Source: an uncultured Chloroflexia bacterium (GTDB taxonomy: Bacteria; Chloroflexota; Limnocylindria; QHBO01). From it: a DNA stretch of 64,000 bases. This document shows positions 9,992-20,738 of the stretch, piece after piece (position 1 is the first letter of the stretch; each line of letters begins with the position of its first letter). The stretch lies in assembly GCA_963797855.1 (NCBI GenBank), contig CAWCQX010000011.1, forward strand, positions 24,887 to 88,886, given 5' to 3'. The notes under the pieces are model-generated. The model was not told the DNA's origin and searched no databases. It was given only the letters and a program-made list of their open reading frames with translations. The translations under genes were made by a program, and so were the position numbers.

Positions 9992-11694
9992 TCAGATCGG
10001 CCGATGCCTCGCGGTTCCCGATGTCATACGGGACGCCGCGTTGATCAGCGGGCGCCGGGCTCCTCGATGTCGGCGGGCGCGTCGGGGTCGTTGCCGATCC
10101 TCGAGGCGGGCCAGGCCGTGGAGCCGGTCGAGCGCGATCCGGTTGCCGCCGGCGCTCTGCGCGCTGTCCAGCGCCTCCTGCACGCGCGCCAGCAGGCCGT
10201 CGAGGTCGAGGTCCTCGCCGGGGCGCATCGTCGCGACGCCGATGCTCACGGTGACCTTCAGCTCGGAGTCGCCGACGCGAATCGGCCGCAGCCCGACCCG
10301 GATCCGCAGCGCGTCGGCGAACGTGGCCGCCCCGGCGCCGTCGGTGTGCGGGAGCGTCGCCAGGAAGCCGTCGCTGCCGGAGCGGCCGAGCGCGTCGGCC
10401 TCGCGCACGCGCAGGCGCATGCGCAGCGCGACCTCGCGCAGGACCGCGTCCCCACCGGCGATCCCGTAGGCCTCGTTGATCTCCCCGAAGCCGTCGACGT
10501 CGAGCAGGACGATCGCCAGCGGATGTCGGTAGCGGCGTGCCTGGGCGACCTCGATCCGCAGCCGCTCGAGGATCGCGCTCGCGGCTGGCGACGCCGGTCA
10601 GGGGGTCGACCGTCGCCGAGCGCTCGAGCTCGCCGCGCTGGAGGTCGATCGTGCGGCGAGCCCGGAGCAGCTCCTCGATCGTCGTCCGCAGCTCGTTGCC
10701 GAGGCGCTCGGCCTCCGGGGTGCCGCCCGCATCGCGGACGACGGCGACGATCCCCGGGCCGGATCGATGCATCGCCACCTCGAGCCCGCCGACCCCGCCG
10801 CGCGAGACGGCGGTGGCGTCGCCCGACGGCAGGTCGGCGAGCGAGACCCCGAGGAGGTCGTCGATGCGCGTCCCCACCGATCCGGCGTCGAGCCCGAGGA
10901 GGTCGGCCGCGCTGGCGTTCCAGTCGCGCAGCCGAAGGTGGCCGTCGAAGCCGAGGACCGCATCCGCAAGGCGTGCGGCGAGCTCGGGAAGTCGGTCGTC
11001 CGTTTTCTCGGGGCCGCGGCGAGGGCCGCCGCAAGCGCCACGACCTGGCCGGCGACGAGCGCCGCAATGCCGATCAGCAGCTCGACGGAGCCGTCGCGGT
11101 CGGCGAGCAGGCCGACGGCCCCGGCCGCGAGCAGTGCCGCGCTCGTCGATCGCAGGCCGATGGACCGGACCGCGGCGACGGCGACGAGCACGGCCGCCGC
11201 GCCGAGCAGGATCGGCGCGATCGGCGTCAACAGCGCCGCCGTGGCTGGGAAGACGGTCAGGAGCGCGGCCGCCTCGGCCGCGGCCATGACGCCGACCGCC
11301 GCCCAGATCAGCCGGGATGGGCCGGCAGGATCCGGCGAGGCCCCATGACGACGCCGCCGCGAGCAGGATCGCGGCCCCGAGCGACGGGGGCTTCCAGCGA
11401 GCCGGCGCCGGCGAGCATGACCACGGCGCCGCCCGCCAGGGCGGCCGACGCGCCGGACTCCAGGAGGCTGGACAGCGAGCCGGTCCGGAGGGCAGGGACG
11501 AGCGCGGCAAGCGCGGCGAGCGCGGCCACGCCCGCGAGGGCGCCGATGAAGGCGAACGGCAGCCACGGAAGGGCCGACTCCGCAAGATCGACCGGAGCGA
11601 GACCGCGCAGCGCGAGCGCGAGCCCGACCGGCAGGGCCGCCACCGCGAGCGCGAAGAGGACGTCGAGGGCGCGTAGGGCGCCAGGTCGGTCCAT
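9992..11694 (-). CDS. membrane-bound PAS/GGDEF-domain protein with degenerate GGDEF motif (multiply frameshifted)
   Basis: The N-terminal multi-TM region (MDRPGALRALDVLFALAVAALPVGL..., LLTPIAPILLGAAAVLVAVAAV...) is spread over ORFs 11308..11817 and 10598..11566. The PAS-like part ...LRLRDWNASAADLLGLDAGSVGTRIDDLLG... lies in ORF 9927..11717. The GGDEF domain lies in ORF 9992..10420 (READALGRSGSDGFLATLPHTD...VTVSIGVA). Confidence 0.75.
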
Positions 11695-11728
11695 CGCCGG
11701 AGTGTGACGCCGAGCACCGCTCACGGAC

Positions 11729-12140
11729 ATGGTACGAACGCCCCGTTCCTCTACTCTGGCCCTCGTGACCGATCGATCGCGCGCGGTGATGTCGCGCGCC
11801 GCGTTCCTGGAGGCCACTGATCAGCTCATCGGCACCGGGAGAGCAACTCGTCGAGGAGCCGGAGTGGGATCGCTTCCGGCTCTGGCTGCTCGAGTCCGAT
11901 CGGCTCCTCGAGCGCGTGTGGGGCCGGATGGATCGGTATCACCTGGCGTGGCTCAACGTCGGGCGCGACAGCGCGCCGCCGGGATCGGACCTCGACGAGG
12001 AGGGCACCCACCGCTTCATCGTCGAGGTCGCCGGCGCGAAGCTGGCCGTGCTGCGTACGATGAGGACCTCGGTCGAGCGGCGGGGCTGGACGTTCCTGTC
12101 CGACGACCCTGAGCAGGAGGCCACCAAGGAGGTCCGGTGA
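11729..12140 (+). CDS. hypothetical protein (frameshift near 11850)
   Basis: ORF 11729..12112 gives the N-terminus (..SRAAFLEATDQLIGTG). It continues in ORF 11916..12140 as MWGRMDRYHLAWLNVGRDSAPPGSDLDEEGTHRFIVEVAGAKLAVL... Confidence 0.3.
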
Positions 12141-12863
12141 GCTACGAGATCGCCCCCGGCGGCCTGGCCGCGGTGCTCGCCCATCCCGACGACGAGAGCG
12201 TCGGCTGCGCCGGAGCGCTGGCACTCGCGCACGATGCCGGCGCCACGACCCGCCTGCTGGTCGCCACGCGCGGCGAGGCGGGCACGCCCGACGGCGCCCC
12301 CGACCCGGCCTTCGGCGGCATTCGCGAGTCGGAGCTCATCGGCGCGGCGAAGGCGATCGGCCTCGACGAGGTCTCGATCCTCGATGGCTATGCCGATGGC
12401 GCCGTGGCCGATGAGCCGTTCGAGCGCCTGGTGACCGAGATCGCCTCCTGGCTGGCCGACCGCCGCCCGCAGGCCGTCATCACGTTCGGCGCCCACGGCG
12501 TGACCGGCCACCCGGACCACATCGTCGTCGGAAACGCGACGCGCTGGGCGGTCGAGCGGCTGGCCGACATCGGTCAGGCTCCGAACTCGGTGTATGTCAT
12601 CTCGCCGGTGTTCGATCCTTCGGGCAGCCGCTACGACCTGTCTCCCGAGGAGCAGATCGCGACCCATCGCATCGAGATCACGTCGGTCGCCGAGCGCAGG
12701 CTCGCGGCCCTCGAGTGCCACGCCAGCCAGACCGATATGGCCGAGGTGATCGCCGGCGCTCCGTGCCGCGATCGAGGCGGACGAGCCGACGCACGAGGGC
12801 TACTACCGCGTGCGTCCGCTGGTGCCGCAGCCGCACCCCGATTACGACACCGCCCTCCTCTGA
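12137..12863 (+). CDS. PIG-L family deacetylase (LmbE/MshB-like; frameshift near 12760)
   Basis: The AHPDDE motif is present in GGLAAVLAHPDDESVGCAGALA. Further matches are ITFGAHGVTGHPDHI and LAALECHASQ. The last 30 aa or so (IEADEPTHEGYYRVRPL...) lie in another frame and end at TGA 12861-12863. Confidence 0.8.
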
Positions 12864-12957
12864 CTCCCGCGAGCACCGCGAGGCATGCCGAAGTCCTGCG
12901 GGGCTGTGACCGGTGGCCCTCGGGCACTCGCGAGTGCGCGGGCGTACACTGGTTGAC

Positions 12958-13248
12958 ATGGCAATCGACTCCGACCTCGCCAAGGTGGACGAGGTCATGA
13001 CCGCGCTCTACGACATCCAGGATCCCGAGATCGGGATGAGCATCGTGGACCTCGACCTCATCAAGGCCGTGGAGCTCGGGACCGATGGCGCTCCGACCGA
13101 GATCAAGATGGTGCTCACCACGCCGTTCTGCCCGTGGGCGGGTGAGCTGATCCAGACCGTGAAGACCAAGACCGAGGAGGTCGTCGGGCCGCCCGTGAAG
13201 GTGACCCTTCTGGCCGAGCGCTGGGAGCCGCCCCCCGGCCTCTTCTAG
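12958..13248 (+). CDS. DUF59/MIP18-family metal-sulfur cluster assembly factor
   Basis: MAIDSDLAKVDEVMTALYDIQDPEIGMSIVDLDLIKAVEL...VLTTPFCPWAGEL is typical DUF59. Confidence 0.75.
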   Translation: MAIDSDLAKVDEVMTALYDIQDPEIGMSIVDLDLIKAVELGTDGAPTEIKMVLTTPFCPWAGELIQTVKTKTEEVVGPPVKVTLLAERWEPPPGLF

Positions 13249-13263
13249 GCCCGCCCCGCTAGC

Positions 13264-13836
13264 ATGCCCGGCATGCGGATCTACACGCGCAAGGGCGACG
13301 CCGGAACCACTGGGCTCCTGTTCGGTGGTGACCGGGTCAGCAAGGCGGACCTCCGAACCGATGCATATGGCACGACCGATGAGGCCGTCTCGGCGCTCGG
13401 CCTCGCACGTGCGTCGATCGGATCCGCCACCGACCGGACCGAGGCGCGCCTCGACGAGCTCATCCTTCGCCTTCAGCGCGAGCTCTTCGTTGTCGGCGCC
13501 GAGCTCGCGACGCATGCCGATCGACGCGACCGCCTGACCGACGGCGTCTCGCGGGTGACGGCGGAGATGGTCACCGCGCTCGAGGGGGAGATCGACTCGC
13601 TCGAGGAGCTCGTCGAGCAGCCGACCGAGTTCGTCATCCCCGGCGAGTCGATGACCGGCGCAACGCTCGACCTCGCTCGAACCACGGTGCGACGTGCCGA
13701 GCGCCGGGCGGTCGCGCTCGCCGATGCCGGGGAGCTGCCGGATTCCCACGTGCTGCCGTACTTGAATCGGCTGGCGGACCTGCTGTTCGTCGCCGCGCGT
13801 GCAGCGGATGGCGGGTTCCGAACCGTCCGAAGCTGA
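13264..13836 (+). CDS. cob(I)yrinic acid a,c-diamide adenosyltransferase (PduO type)
   Basis: The ORF is intact. RIYTRKGDAGTTGLLFGGDRVSKADLRTDAYGTTDE and ...FVIPGES...LDLARTTVRRAERR match the PduO-type adenosyltransferase pattern. Confidence 0.85.
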   Translation: MPGMRIYTRKGDAGTTGLLFGGDRVSKADLRTDAYGTTDEAVSALGLARASIGSATDRTEARLDELILRLQRELFVVGAELATHADRRDRLTDGVSRVTAEMVTALEGEIDSLEELVEQPTEFVIPGESMTGATLDLARTTVRRAERRAVALADAGELPDSHVLPYLNRLADLLFVAARAADGGFRTVRS

Positions 13837-13942
13837 CGCCCGCCGCCTGGTTGTGGAATCCGGAGCGACGGCGCGTAGAATCTGCGGGATCGGTGGCTCG
13901 GACCGGCCGCGGCCACGCATCACCTGACGCCGAGGACCAACC

Positions 13943-15388
13943 ATGACGCTCACCGCCACCCGCCCGCAGATGTTCATCGACGGTGACCGGACCGATGCCG
14001 CCTCCGGCGAGACGATGGCGGTGATCAACCCGGCCACGGAGGAGGAGATCGCGCAGGTCCCGAAGGGCGACGCCTCCGACGTCGATCGGGCCGTGGCCGC
14101 AGCCCGCGCCGCCTTCGAGAGCTGGTCGCAGTCGACGCCGCAGGATCGGTCAAAGGCCCTGTTCGCGTTCGCCGACGCCATCGAGGGCGACGCCGAGACG
14201 CTCTCGAGCCTCGAGCAGGCGAACGTCGGCAAGCCGAAGGGCACCGCCGACTTCGACGTCGAGTTCACCGTCGACAACGTCCGCTTCTTCGCCGGCGCCG
14301 CCCGGGTGGTCGAGGGCAAGGCGGCGGGCGAGTACATCAGCACCCACACCTCGATGCTCCGCCGCGAGGCCGCCGGCGTGGTCGGCCAGGTCGCGCCGTG
14401 GAACTACCCGCTGATGATGGCGATCTGGAAGCTCGGCCCGGCGCTCGCCGCCGGGTGCACGGTCGTCCTGAAGCCCGCGTCGATGACGCCGCTCTCCGCC
14501 CTCCGCATCGCGGAGCTCGCCGCCGACATCTTCCCGAAGGGCGTCTTCAACGTGGTGACGGGCCCGGGGGCCGTCGTCGGGGATCGGCTCATCCGTCATC
14601 CCGACGTCGACATGGTGTCGCCTCACCGGTGACACGGCGACCGGCAAGGAGATCGCCGCCGCCGCGGCGCAGACCGTGAAGCGGGTGCACCTCGAGCTCG
14701 GTGGCAAGGCTCCCGTGCTCGTCTTCGACGACGCCGACATGGACGCGCTCGCCGAGACGATCAAGCTGGCCGGCTTCTTCAACTCGGGCCAGGACTGCAC
14801 GGCCGCCACGCGCCTGATCGTGATGGGCGACGGATATGACCGGGCGCTCGAGGCGTTGGTGCCCGCCGTGGAGTCGATCAAGGTCGGCGACCCCGCCTCC
14901 GATCCGGAGCTCGACATGGGGCCGATGGTGAGCAGGGCCCAGCAGGAGCGCGTCGCCGGCTTCGTGGACCGCGCGCGAGGCTCCGGTGCCGAGGTCGCCG
15001 CCGGCGGCGAGACGTTCGGGGACCGCGGCTACTTCTACGGCCCTCGATCGTGACCGGTGTGGCACAGGATGCCGAGATCGTGCAGTCCGAGGTCTTCGGA
15101 CCGGTCGTCACCGTCCAGCGATTCAGCGACGAGGAGGAGGGGATCCGCTGGGCGAACGGCGTGCCATACGGCCTGGCGGCGTCGGTGTGGACGAAGGACA
15201 TCAAGCGCGCCTTGCGGGCGGCGAAGGCCCTTCGCTACGGCACGGTCTGGATCAACGACCACCTGACGATCGTGTCCGAGATGCCGCACGGCGGCTTCGG
15301 CCAGTCCGGCTACGGCAAGGACATGAGCAGCTACAGCATCGAGGACTACACGATCGTCAAGCACGTGATGGCGAAGATCGCCGACTAG
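13943..15388 (+). CDS. NAD-dependent aldehyde dehydrogenase (aminobutyraldehyde/betaine-aldehyde DH-like; two frameshifts near 14625 and 15045)
   Basis: Three ORFs are joined by homology: [31 protein letters not shown]; [18 protein letters not shown]...[13 protein letters not shown]; [12 protein letters not shown]...[10 protein letters not shown]...[13 protein letters not shown]. Confidence 0.88.
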
Positions 15389-15463
15389 GACCGATCGGGC
15401 TGGCATCCGACGCGTGAGCCGACTACGGTGTAGATCCGCCCAGAAACCGATGAGGAGGCCGCG

Positions 15464-15892
15464 ATGCCAGCGCGATTGAATCCCTATCTGACCTTTCCCG
15501 GGAACGCCCGCGAGGCGATGGAGTACTACCGCGGCGTCCTGGGCGGCACACTGACGATCTCGACATTCGCCGAGGGCGGGATGGCCCAGGATCCGGCCGA
15601 TGCCGACAAGATCATGCACGCGCAGCTCGAGACGGACAGCGGCTTCTCGCTCATGGGCTCGGACGCGCCGAGCGGGACGCCATCGCAGCCGATGTCGGGC
15701 GTCCAGGTCTCGCTCTCCGGCGATGCCGGCACCGACGCCGAGCTCTCCGGCTACTACGACCGGCTGGCCCAGGGCGGCACCGTCGTCGAGCCGCTCGAGC
15801 AGGCTCCCTGGGGCGACAAGTTCGGCATGGTGACCGACCCCTACGGCGTGCTGTGGATGGTGAACATCTCCGGACCCGAGAGCGGGCAGTAG
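15464..15892 (+). CDS. VOC family protein (PhnB-like)
   Basis: The ORF is intact. MPARLNPYLTFPGNAREAMEYYRGVLGG...IMHAQLE...APWGDKFGMVTDPYGVLWMVN is typical of PhnB/glyoxalase-fold proteins. Confidence 0.7.
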   Translation: MPARLNPYLTFPGNAREAMEYYRGVLGGTLTISTFAEGGMAQDPADADKIMHAQLETDSGFSLMGSDAPSGTPSQPMSGVQVSLSGDAGTDAELSGYYDRLAQGGTVVEPLEQAPWGDKFGMVTDPYGVLWMVNISGPESGQ

Positions 15893-15913
15893 GCAGCGCG
15901 TCGAGGAGGGCGG

Positions 15914-16345
15914 TTGGCCACCCACGCGATCGTGATCGGGCGGCCGATCGAGGACGTCTTCGCGGTGCTCACCAACGTCGAGCTCACCGGGCGCTGGTAC
16001 CCGGCGGACGTCGAGGAATGGTGGATCACGCCCCCGCCGCACGGCGTCGGGTCCGTCCGGCGAGCACGCGTCCGGGTCCTTGGCCGGGCCACCGAGAACG
16101 ATGCGGTCGTGACGGCCTACGATCCACCACGCCTTGCGGCGATGAAGGGATCGGCCAGCGCGCCGTTCGAGGCGACGCTCGCCTTCGAGCCGGTCGATGG
16201 CGGCACCCGAGTCGAGGTCGAAACGATCTTCCATCTGACCGGTGCGATGCGGCTGATCGGACCGCTGTTCATCCGCAGCTACGAGCGCGGTTGGGACAAA
16301 GGGCTGGTGAACGTCAAGCGGATGATGGAGTCCGGGGAGCTCTAG
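15914..16345 (+). CDS. SRPBCC family protein (polyketide-cyclase/dehydrase fold)
   Basis: The ORF is intact with a TTG start at 15914. It reads IVIGRPIEDVFAVLTNVELTGRWYP...GGTRVEVETIFHLTGAMRLIGPLF. Confidence 0.6.
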   Translation: MATHAIVIGRPIEDVFAVLTNVELTGRWYPADVEEWWITPPPHGVGSVRRARVRVLGRATENDAVVTAYDPPRLAAMKGSASAPFEATLAFEPVDGGTRVEVETIFHLTGAMRLIGPLFIRSYERGWDKGLVNVKRMMESGEL

Positions 16346-16366
16346 GCGCCTGCTACGATCGGCGCG

Positions 16367-16815
16367 ATGAGCGAGACGTCCGTGTCGCCGATGCCGGCGC
16401 CCGATCGGCTGCCCGGGGACGTACCGGGCCCCTCGACCCGGCCGAGGCGGAGCGCCTCTTCCGCCGTGGGATCGCTGACTTCAACGGGGTCCGGTACTGG
16501 CACGCCCACGAGGCGTGGGAGACGCTGTGGCGCGCCGCGCCTGACGAGGAACGCGACTTCTTCCAGGGCCTGATCCAGGTCGCGGCCGGCCTGCTCCACC
16601 TCCAGCGCCGCAACCTCCGTGGGGCGCGCAACAAGCTGTCGGAGGGCCTCGAGAAGCTGCGCCCGTATCAGCCGGCGCACCAGGGCGTCTTCGTCAACGA
16701 GCTGATCGGTGAGGGGCGGAGGATCCTCGACGACCTGGACGGGGGCCAGCTTCCCTATCTCATCCCGCCGATCCTCCGGTTCACCGACGCCGAAGTCCCC
16801 GACTTCAGCCGGTGA
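16367..16815 (+). CDS. DUF309 domain protein (frameshift near 16430)
   Basis: [60 protein letters not shown] lies in the frame of ORF 15853..16815. The ATG at 16367 is in another frame. Confidence 0.6.
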
Positions 16816-18197
16816 GCGAGGAGCGCATCGAGCGCGACTCGATGGGAGAGGTGCGCGTGCCGGCCGACGCGAGGTGGGGAGCCCAGACACAGCGGGCGGT
16901 CGAGAACTTCCCGATCTCCGGGCTGCGGCTCGAGCGCGCGCAGATCGAGGCGCTGGCACGCATCAAGGCGGCGGTCGCATCGGTGAAGCGCGCCGACGGC
17001 ACCCAGGAGCCAGATCTCGCCGACGCGATCGCGGCCGCGGCCGAAGAGGTGGCGCGCGGCGACCACGACGCCCAGTTCCCGATCGACGTGTTCCAGACCG
17101 GCTCCGGCACGAGCAGCAACATGAACATGAACGAGGTGCTCGCCAGCCTGGCCGGCGAGCGGCTCGGCCGGGCGGTCCACCCGAACGACGACGTCAATCA
17201 CCCGATGTCGTCGAACGACCTCTTCCCGGCATCGATTCACGTGGCGGCCGCCGGGGGCGTGCTCGAGGTGCTCGTGCCGTCGCTCGAGCACCTTGCGAGC
17301 GCGCTCGAGGGCAAGGCCGGCGAGTTCGCCGAGGTCGTCAAGGCCGGCCGAACGCACCTGATGGACGCGACGCCGGTAACGCTCGGGCAGGAGTTCGGCG
17401 GGTATGCGGCGCAGGTGCGGATGGGCGTCGAGCGTCTGCACGCCACGCTGCCGCGCGTCGCCGAGCTGCCGCTGGGCGGCACCGCGGTCGGCACGGGGAT
17501 CAACTCGCCTCCCGGCTTCGGGGGCCGGGTCATCGCCGAGGTCGCTTCGGCGACGGGGCTACCGCTGACCGAGGCCCGCGACCACTTCGAGGCGCAGGGC
17601 GCCCGGGACGCGCTCGTCGAGCTCTCCGGCCAGCTGCGCACGATCGCCGTGAGCCTCACGAAGATCGCCAACGACCTGCGCTGGATGGGATCCGGTCCGC
17701 GCGCCGGCCTCGGCGAGATCAACCTTCCGGACCTCCAGCCGGGCAGCAGCATCATGCCCGGCAAGGTGAACCCGGTGATCCCCGAGGCCACGCTGATGGC
17801 GTGCGCCCAGGTGATCGGCAACGACGCGGCGATCGCGTGGGCCGGCGCATCCGGCAACTTCGAGCTGAACGTGATGATGCCGGTCATCGGCCGCAATCTG
17901 CTCGAGTCGATCCGCCTGCTGTCATCGGTCAGCCGCCTGCTGGCGGACCGATGCGTGAGCGGCATCACGGCGAACGTCGAACGGCTGCGCGAGTACGCCG
18001 AGGGCTCCCCGGCGATCGTCACGCCACTGAACCGATACCTCGGCTACGAGGAGGCGGCGAGCGTCGCGAAGCAGGCGCTGGCTGAGCGCCGCTCGATCCG
18101 CGAGGTGGTGGTCGAGCGTGGCCACGTTCGCGACGGTCGCCTGACGGAGGCAGAGCTCGACGAGGCGCTCGACGTCATGCGCATGACGCGCCCCTGA
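16812..18197 (+). CDS. fumC: class II fumarate hydratase
   Basis: The ORF is intact at 461 aa. It carries [16 protein letters not shown], the fumarate lyase signature, and the N-terminus [27 protein letters not shown]. Aspartase cannot be fully excluded by eye. Confidence 0.88.
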   Translation: MSEERIERDSMGEVRVPADARWGAQTQRAVENFPISGLRLERAQIEALARIKAAVASVKRADGTQEPDLADAIAAAAEEVARGDHDAQFPIDVFQTGSGTSSNMNMNEVLASLAGERLGRAVHPNDDVNHPMSSNDLFPASIHVAAAGGVLEVLVPSLEHLASALEGKAGEFAEVVKAGRTHLMDATPVTLGQEFGGYAAQVRMGVERLHATLPRVAELPLGGTAVGTGINSPPGFGGRVIAEVASATGLPLTEARDHFEAQGARDALVELSGQLRTIAVSLTKIANDLRWMGSGPRAGLGEINLPDLQPGSSIMPGKVNPVIPEATLMACAQVIGNDAAIAWAGASGNFELNVMMPVIGRNLLESIRLLSSVSRLLADRCVSGITANVERLREYAEGSPAIVTPLNRYLGYEEAASVAKQALAERRSIREVVVERGHVRDGRLTEAELDEALDVMRMTRP

Positions 18198-18204
18198 CCG
18201 GCCG

Positions 18205-19361
18205 CTACGGCAGGGACCGAATCGGCGGCATCCGCGCGTAGCGCAGCTCGGCATCGCTGTCGTCGCCTTCGCCCTCGACGTACAGCCACACCAGGAGATC
18301 CCAGGCGATGTGGGGTCGAAGCACGTTGGCCTGCGAGGCGGCCGGGTAGCGCTCGATGACCCGCGTCCGATCCTCGAGCAGGTCGTACACGCCGAACGTG
18401 AAGGCATCGGCGGACCACCAGGCCACGAACCGGCTGCCGGCCGACGGATAGTTCACGTACTCGATGGGCGCCATGTCGAGGCGGTGCGGGCCGGGGCCAC
18501 CGACCTCGGACTGCCAGAGCTTCCCCCAGTTGAACATGCTGAATCCCGGGTCGGCCTCCTTCCAGATCACGGTGTCCGCCGACGAGGATCGGCATCGTCG
18601 CGAGGTCCGAGTGGCTCAGCCGTTCCGGCTCCGCGCCGGGAACGCCGGCTCGAGGAGATAGACCGTGCGCGTGTCGGTCGTCCGATCGGCCGAGTAGACG
18701 ACCTCGCAGAAGGCGACGCGGCTGCCCGGAGAGCGACGGGAACCACAGCTCGGCCTCGGCGGCGGCGCGCTCGAGCAGGACCGCCGGCTCCCAGTCCGGT
18801 GCTCGCGCCCAGAGCAGCTGGGAGACCGGGCCGTCGGCCCCACGGTCGAAGGCGGTCCAGACGATCGTCGACTCCTGGATGCTGAAGCTCGGGACGAACG
18901 CCGAGACGTCCGCGTCGCCGGGATGGGAGTCGAGCAGGATCGCGCTCGTCCTCGTGCCGCGGAATGAGCCAGAGCTTCCAGGCGCGCTCGCCGTCGCGGG
19001 GAATGTCGACGAATGCCACGGTGCCGAGGTCGCCGGCGATCTTCACGATGGCGTGATCCCGGTTCGGGTTGCGCCACAGGATCTCGGGTGGGTTGTCCGC
19101 GTTGGACCCGGTATCGCCACAGGTCCGGAGACGCGCCGCGCCCGGCGTCATCCGCGAAGCCCGACGAGAAGAGGATCGACTCGCCGTCGCTGGCGAACTC
19201 GAAGATCGAGTCGGTGAGCTCCGGGTCCAGCCGCCCGACCTCCATCTCCGTCGCCGAGGCCGGGAGTCGCGGTCGGGGACGGCGATCCAATGTCCGGGGC
19301 CGCCGTTGCCGTCGGCGTTCCCACCGTCACCGCCGTGGGCGATGGGGTGGCGGACGTGCAT
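18205..19361 (-). CDS. hypothetical protein, possibly beta-propeller-like (at least four frameshifts)
   Basis: The fragments ...LDPELTDSIFEFASDGESILFSS..., ...ILWRNPNRDHAIVKIAGDLGTVAFVDIPRDGERAWKLWLIP..., ...RVAFCEVVYSADRTTDTRTVYLLEP... and ORF 18205..18570 follow one another colinearly in different frames. Confidence 0.35.
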
Positions 19362-19421
19362 GCCGCCACCCCCACGACGCACGAGGGCGACGATCGTCGC
19401 CGGCCATGCGCCCGCCGCGAA

Positions 19422-20334
19422 TCACCAGACGAACCGCTGGGTGTGGTCGCGGATCATGCCGCCGATGTGTCGCATCGGGTCCCAGAAGCGACCGGTCGAG
19501 CCGCCCTCGTCCTCGGACGAGTCGGTGTAGTACAGCCGCGAGTAGTCCGTCCCGTCGTAGAGGCCCCGCCAGCCATAGGCGGCAATCCAATGGCCCGGCG
19601 AATTCACCGGCTGCGGCCAGCTGCTGAGGTGGAAGCGCCCGTCCTTCTCGTGTGGCAGCACCGGGATGGCCAGCGCCATCCGCGCGCCGCTGATGTTGGC
19701 GCGGACGTAGTCGTGCAGCTGGTCGCCGACCGTTCCGTCGCGGTCGGTGTCCTCGAGGGTCGTGACGACCCAGTCCCAGTTCGCCGGGCGACGGGGCGCT
19801 CGGGCGGTCGCGATGTCGAGCCCGTCGGCCATCGTGAAGGCGCTCGTGCCGCCGAGCTCATCGGTCCTCATCCAGACCGCGATCTGGGCCTGGGTGTACT
19901 TGTTGGCATTCAGCGGCACGGCCCACGTGTAGTTGGCGATCACCTGGCCGACGGCCGGGCCGCAGTAGTGTCCGCGCGTCTGATCGCGGGCGGAGACTCC
20001 GAGGAAATCGGAGGGAACGTCGCAGTCCGCGGTCGTGGATGTCCCGCCGAGGGCGCTGAGGTCCCGGCGTCCGCCGGGTTGGCCGTGCGGCGGTTCCCCG
20101 TCCGGGGTGGCGCACGCGAGGGTCACGCGTCCGAACGTGCGGGCTCGGGCGGTGGCGAGGTAGCGCATGGCGGCGGCGACCTTGCGGTCCGACGCCGCCT
20201 GTTCCTCGGGGGAGAGTGGTCGCTCGGCGACGGGCCCGGAGCGAGCGGGCCGCTGCGGCAGAGACCGGCACGGCGCCGGCAGCGAGGATCAGCGCCGCAC
20301 CGAGCATGGCGAGCGCGATCCGTTTCGAGAACAT
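19422..20334 (-). CDS. secreted papain-like/C39-like cysteine peptidase (putative; frameshift near 20170)
   Basis: The signal peptide MFSKRIALAMLGAALILAAGAVPVSAAAA starts at ATG 20332-20334. The body is ORF 19422..20168, with a candidate Cys in RGHYCGPAVGQVIANY and a candidate His in SPGHWIAAYGW. Confidence 0.45.
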
Positions 20335-20738
20335 TGGGGCAGCCTCCTGTCCTGAGGAGGCGGGCCGGCAATCGGTTGTCCGTCGACCATCTTGGCGCCC
20401 AGTTTCTTTGCGCCGGCTTACCAGCGGCTTACCGGGACGCGCCAGCGCATCCGATCGTCGGCGGGCCACGAGACGAACCGATGCCGGCCCGTTTCCGGAC
20501 CGGCATCGGCGTCGAGCCGTCATGGCGGGGTGCCACTACTTCAGCCCCGTATTCGTTGGTTTACAGGAACCCGCCACGACGGTTCTTCAATTGTGACCCC
20601 ATGATGGGAAGGTCGCCGGAGGCCGCCCAAGGGGCGAATGTCCCGCCGGCTCCGGGAATCCGCGCTGGCGCGCTCGGCGACGAACCGATACGCTCGCTGC
20701 GCTCATCGCAATCCCTCGCTCCGGAGGCCACCCCCGTC

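Noticed and set aside
20335-20738. A 404-bp divergent intergenic region with a 10+2-bp hairpin (20478-20509), considered as a riboswitch or sRNA upstream of the ALDH7-like gene.
   Set aside because: I could not match it to any riboswitch class I know (no lysine, glycine, SAM, TPP, ykkC or c-di-AMP core motifs). It probably holds divergent promoters plus an uncharacterised hairpin, which is not enough evidence for a feature.
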